NCBI GenBank assembly: GCA_001179505.1
Contig: CDMY01000378.1
Span: 1 to 64,000 of the forward strand
Direction of reading: 5' to 3'
Origin: Vitrella brassicaformis CCMP3155
Taxonomy: Eukaryota; Protista; Chromerida
Length of the DNA: 64,000 bases
The position numbers and the translations under genes were made by a program. Under the pieces are notes generated by a model. It did no database searches and was not told the DNA's origin. It worked only from the letters and a program-made list of their open reading frames with translations. Positions 61,469-64,000 of this stretch are shown piece by piece. Every line of letters starts with the position of its first letter. The first letter of the stretch is position 1.

Positions 61469-62552
61469 GTGATGAAGGAATGCCGTCGCCCGGCCAGACC
61501 AGCGTGCAGGAGGCGGCGAGCGACGGGCGGGATGGCGATGATTCATCAGGGAGTGGCGTGTCTGCCTATCCCTCCCTATGTTTATTTGTGGAGCCATCCC
61601 ATCAATCAATCGGTGCTGGTTGGGTGGGGTCGGGTCGGCTGGCTGCTTACGCGTGGCGGTGCTGATACATAGACTATAGGGATTAGCCATCCACTCTCTC
61701 TGCCGCCGCCATCTCTGTGTGCGGGTGCGGTTGGTTGGGTCAGCCCTCGTTGCTTGTCACCTGCTTCGATCTCTCGACCTTGCTGAGCATTATGCATTCC
61801 GCAATCCCATCTTATCTTGCCTTCCCTTCCCTTCCCTCCTGGCTCGCATGTGGTCTGGTTTCGACCTCGCCAATGACAGGTCGGTTGCAGCGGCAGCTTT
61901 GTGTGTGGACGGTCACAGCGTCGCACTGTCCTGCTACCTTGTCCTGTCAACTTGTGTGGTTGTAGGCTGTGAAACGAATGGCTGGCTGTGCTGCTGTCCA
62001 TCTGCTGCTAGAAGAGTCAGCCAGGACAGCAATTGCTGTATGCGCAGGGCCGTGTTCTGTCTGTTGTCTTTGACACAAGCGGTGAGAGGGGGTGAGGGTG
62101 GGATTGAATTGCATCTAATGTTGTGGGTGGCCATGAATGAGGACGCTAGCTAGCTGTATTATGAATCATCATCTCTCAATCCATCCATAGACTTGCTGAA
62201 GCCTGAATCGATCTCAACTCGTTTGAGACATTCTGACGAGCCTCTGTGTGTCCAGCCAGCCAGCCAGCCGTGTTCACAGTCACTAGCGATACACACACAA
62301 CACACGCCACTCAGTCCGGCCCACACCAGCCAGCCAGCCAAGCCCGTCTGTGTCAGCCATCCCTCCATCCCTCCATGCGCTCACCCTCTCTCTCTCACCA
62401 CAACACCTCCACTACAGCCGTAGTGTCCGCGCATACGGCTGCCTCTGTCTGTTGAGGGAGGGGTGGACGGCGAATCTGGCTTGATTTGTGCAGGCAGGTC
62501 GGTTGATTGAGAGAAGGGAGGGATGTGGATCGAAAGAGAGAAAGGGGTAGGT

Positions 62553-62584
<32 letters not shown>

Positions 62585-62893
62585 CGAGTGCATCGCGGGC
62601 ATGCCATACGAATCCATCCATCCATCCATTCATCCATCCATTCCACTTGGAAAACGGACAAGCGTTCATTCATTCGTTCGACAGCCAGCCAGCCAGCCAG
62701 CCGTTCACTGCCACTCCCCCTCTGCCCACTGCGGTCGGTATTCCCTCCCTCCCTCCCTCTCTCCCTCCCTCCCTCTCACTTTTCTCTCTTCCCTCCCTCA
62801 CGTCAGTGTGTGTGTATGTAAGCCATGCGTGATGTGTGTGTGTCTCTAGAACGGTGTCTGGTGTGTATGGTGTGGTGTGGTGTGGTGTGTTGA

Positions 62894-64000
62894 TCAGTCG
62901 TCCTGGTCCTGTTCCTCCTCCTGGTCCTGCTGCTGCTGGTTGTTGCGGCGCTTGGAGGGGAAGGGCAGCAGCTCGTAGAGGCGCTCCACTATCGTCTGCT
63001 TGGTGTCCTTGCGCTTCACCTCCAACCCACGCTTCTGCACACATACACACACACACACACACACGGACGCACAGATGCACTCACTGCAGTTAAGAGGTAT
63101 GTATGATTTGTGAGAGAATAATGGTACCTACCTCCGCGAACTGGATGAGCGAGTCTTTCTTGTACATGCTGACCCAGTCCTTCATGTCCGCAGCGTGCAA
63201 CGGCGTCTTCTGCACACACACAGACACAGCCACACACGCACACAACGGAGAGACGCATGCACACCTGCTTGCCCTTGTTCGTCTGTGGCTATCTCGGTGT
63301 CTGACCGGCTCGACGTCTAGTTTGGTCTTCTTCTTGGCCTGGATGGGAGGGGTGCGGTCGCCCTGCTCCTCCTGCGGCTGGGGCGAGGGGCCCTTCGCCT
63401 CGTCGTCGCTCTCCATCGGCCCCACACCAGCACCCGCCGCCGCCGCCGCCGCCGCAGCAGCAGCAGCCCCGCCCTCCTCCTGCTCATCGTCCTCATGACG
63501 ACGCTTGCCGGCACGCTTCTTGACCTATTAGATGGACAGCACCCCGCACAGACGGGGGAAATGAGTATCGTGTTCTGGTGTTGTGAATGGTTGGCTGGGC
63601 TGATTGGTTGGTCGGAGGGTGGCTGGCCTGACCTTTTTGTCGTCCTTGTGTTGGTCGGTGCCCTTCTTGCCGCGCCTCTTGGCGGCCGCTCCGGCAACTC
63701 CAATACCTACGCCTACGCCAGCGCCCCCCTCATGCACGCCCTCCGGCCCCGACTCCACCCCAAGCCCCTCGCCCTTCTCGCTATCCTTCTTGCCTCCACG
63801 GCCCCCCACACGACGGTCCCGCCCACGGCCGCCGCCCCTGGGCACCACGGCTGCAGCTGCCGCAGCTGCTGCGAGCGGCTCGCCGTCGTCGTCGAGTATG
63901 TCGTCCTGGCTGCCACTGGGCTTCTTGCCGACCCCCGGGGCCTTGGCCTGGTGGGGGTGGTGTTTGGGGTCGCCTCGGGCAGGTGCACCTGCCGCTGCCG
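62894..64000 (-). CDS. 3' part of a Lys/Gly/acidic low-complexity protein with a C-terminal SAP/HeH-like helix pair; 5' end outside the window
   Basis: Exons ..KKRAGKRRHEEDDE..|KTPLHAADMKDWVSMYKKDSLIQFAE|KRGLEVKRKDTKQTIVERLYELL..QDD* (stop 62894-62896). Confidence 0.55.

Noticed and set aside
21-63988. Hundreds of short ORFs rich in CV/HT/RE/SL/DG repeats in the ORF track
   Set aside because: They are translations of intronic microsatellites or antisense and alternate frames of real exons. Many use GTG/TTG starts or run through N gaps.
1-64000. rRNA, tRNA, CRISPR arrays or transposons
   Set aside because: No such sequence signatures were recognised by eye. tRNAscan-SE, Infernal and RepeatModeler runs would be needed to exclude small RNAs and degenerate elements.

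Overview
Eukaryotic, GC-rich nuclear DNA with many short introns full of (CA)n/(GT)n, (GA)n/(CT)n, (ACAG)n and (ATCC)n microsatellites, plus five 300-N assembly gaps. Intron style, bipartite plastid-targeting leaders, flagellar kinesin-2 and lineage-type ankyrin and F-box-like genes point to a chromerid alga, most likely Vitrella brassicaformis (inference, not verified). I reconstructed 23 protein genes by eye from splice sites; most ORF-track entries are spurious or exon fragments. Genes: ARL2, DUF1764, bacterial-type GlgB branching enzyme, a DMT/nucleotide-sugar transporter, a cyanobacterial-type plastid protein, a CxxC-repeat protein, a Cdc37-N-motif protein, a giant plastid-targeted PPR protein, an At5g03900-like plastid protein, an ankyrin protein, a GT8 glycosyltransferase, PHYHD1, an F-box-like protein, PepD, an OGFr-domain protein, a NEURL4/PARP-like ADP-ribosyltransferase, kinesin-2, a tandem double GH13 amylase, an RNASEK/V-ATPase subunit f-like protein and several hypotheticals. 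Highlights: (1) 20 of 23 genes form 10 head-to-head pairs, and the spacers of 7 pairs carry a TGCGAGCT motif; (2) many introns carry mutually complementary microsatellites at their two ends and could fold into hairpins; (3) a putatively myristoylated ART gene sits head-to-head with an OGFr-domain gene; (4) the double GH13 gene duplicated after gaining introns, with a GC-AG intron shared by both halves.
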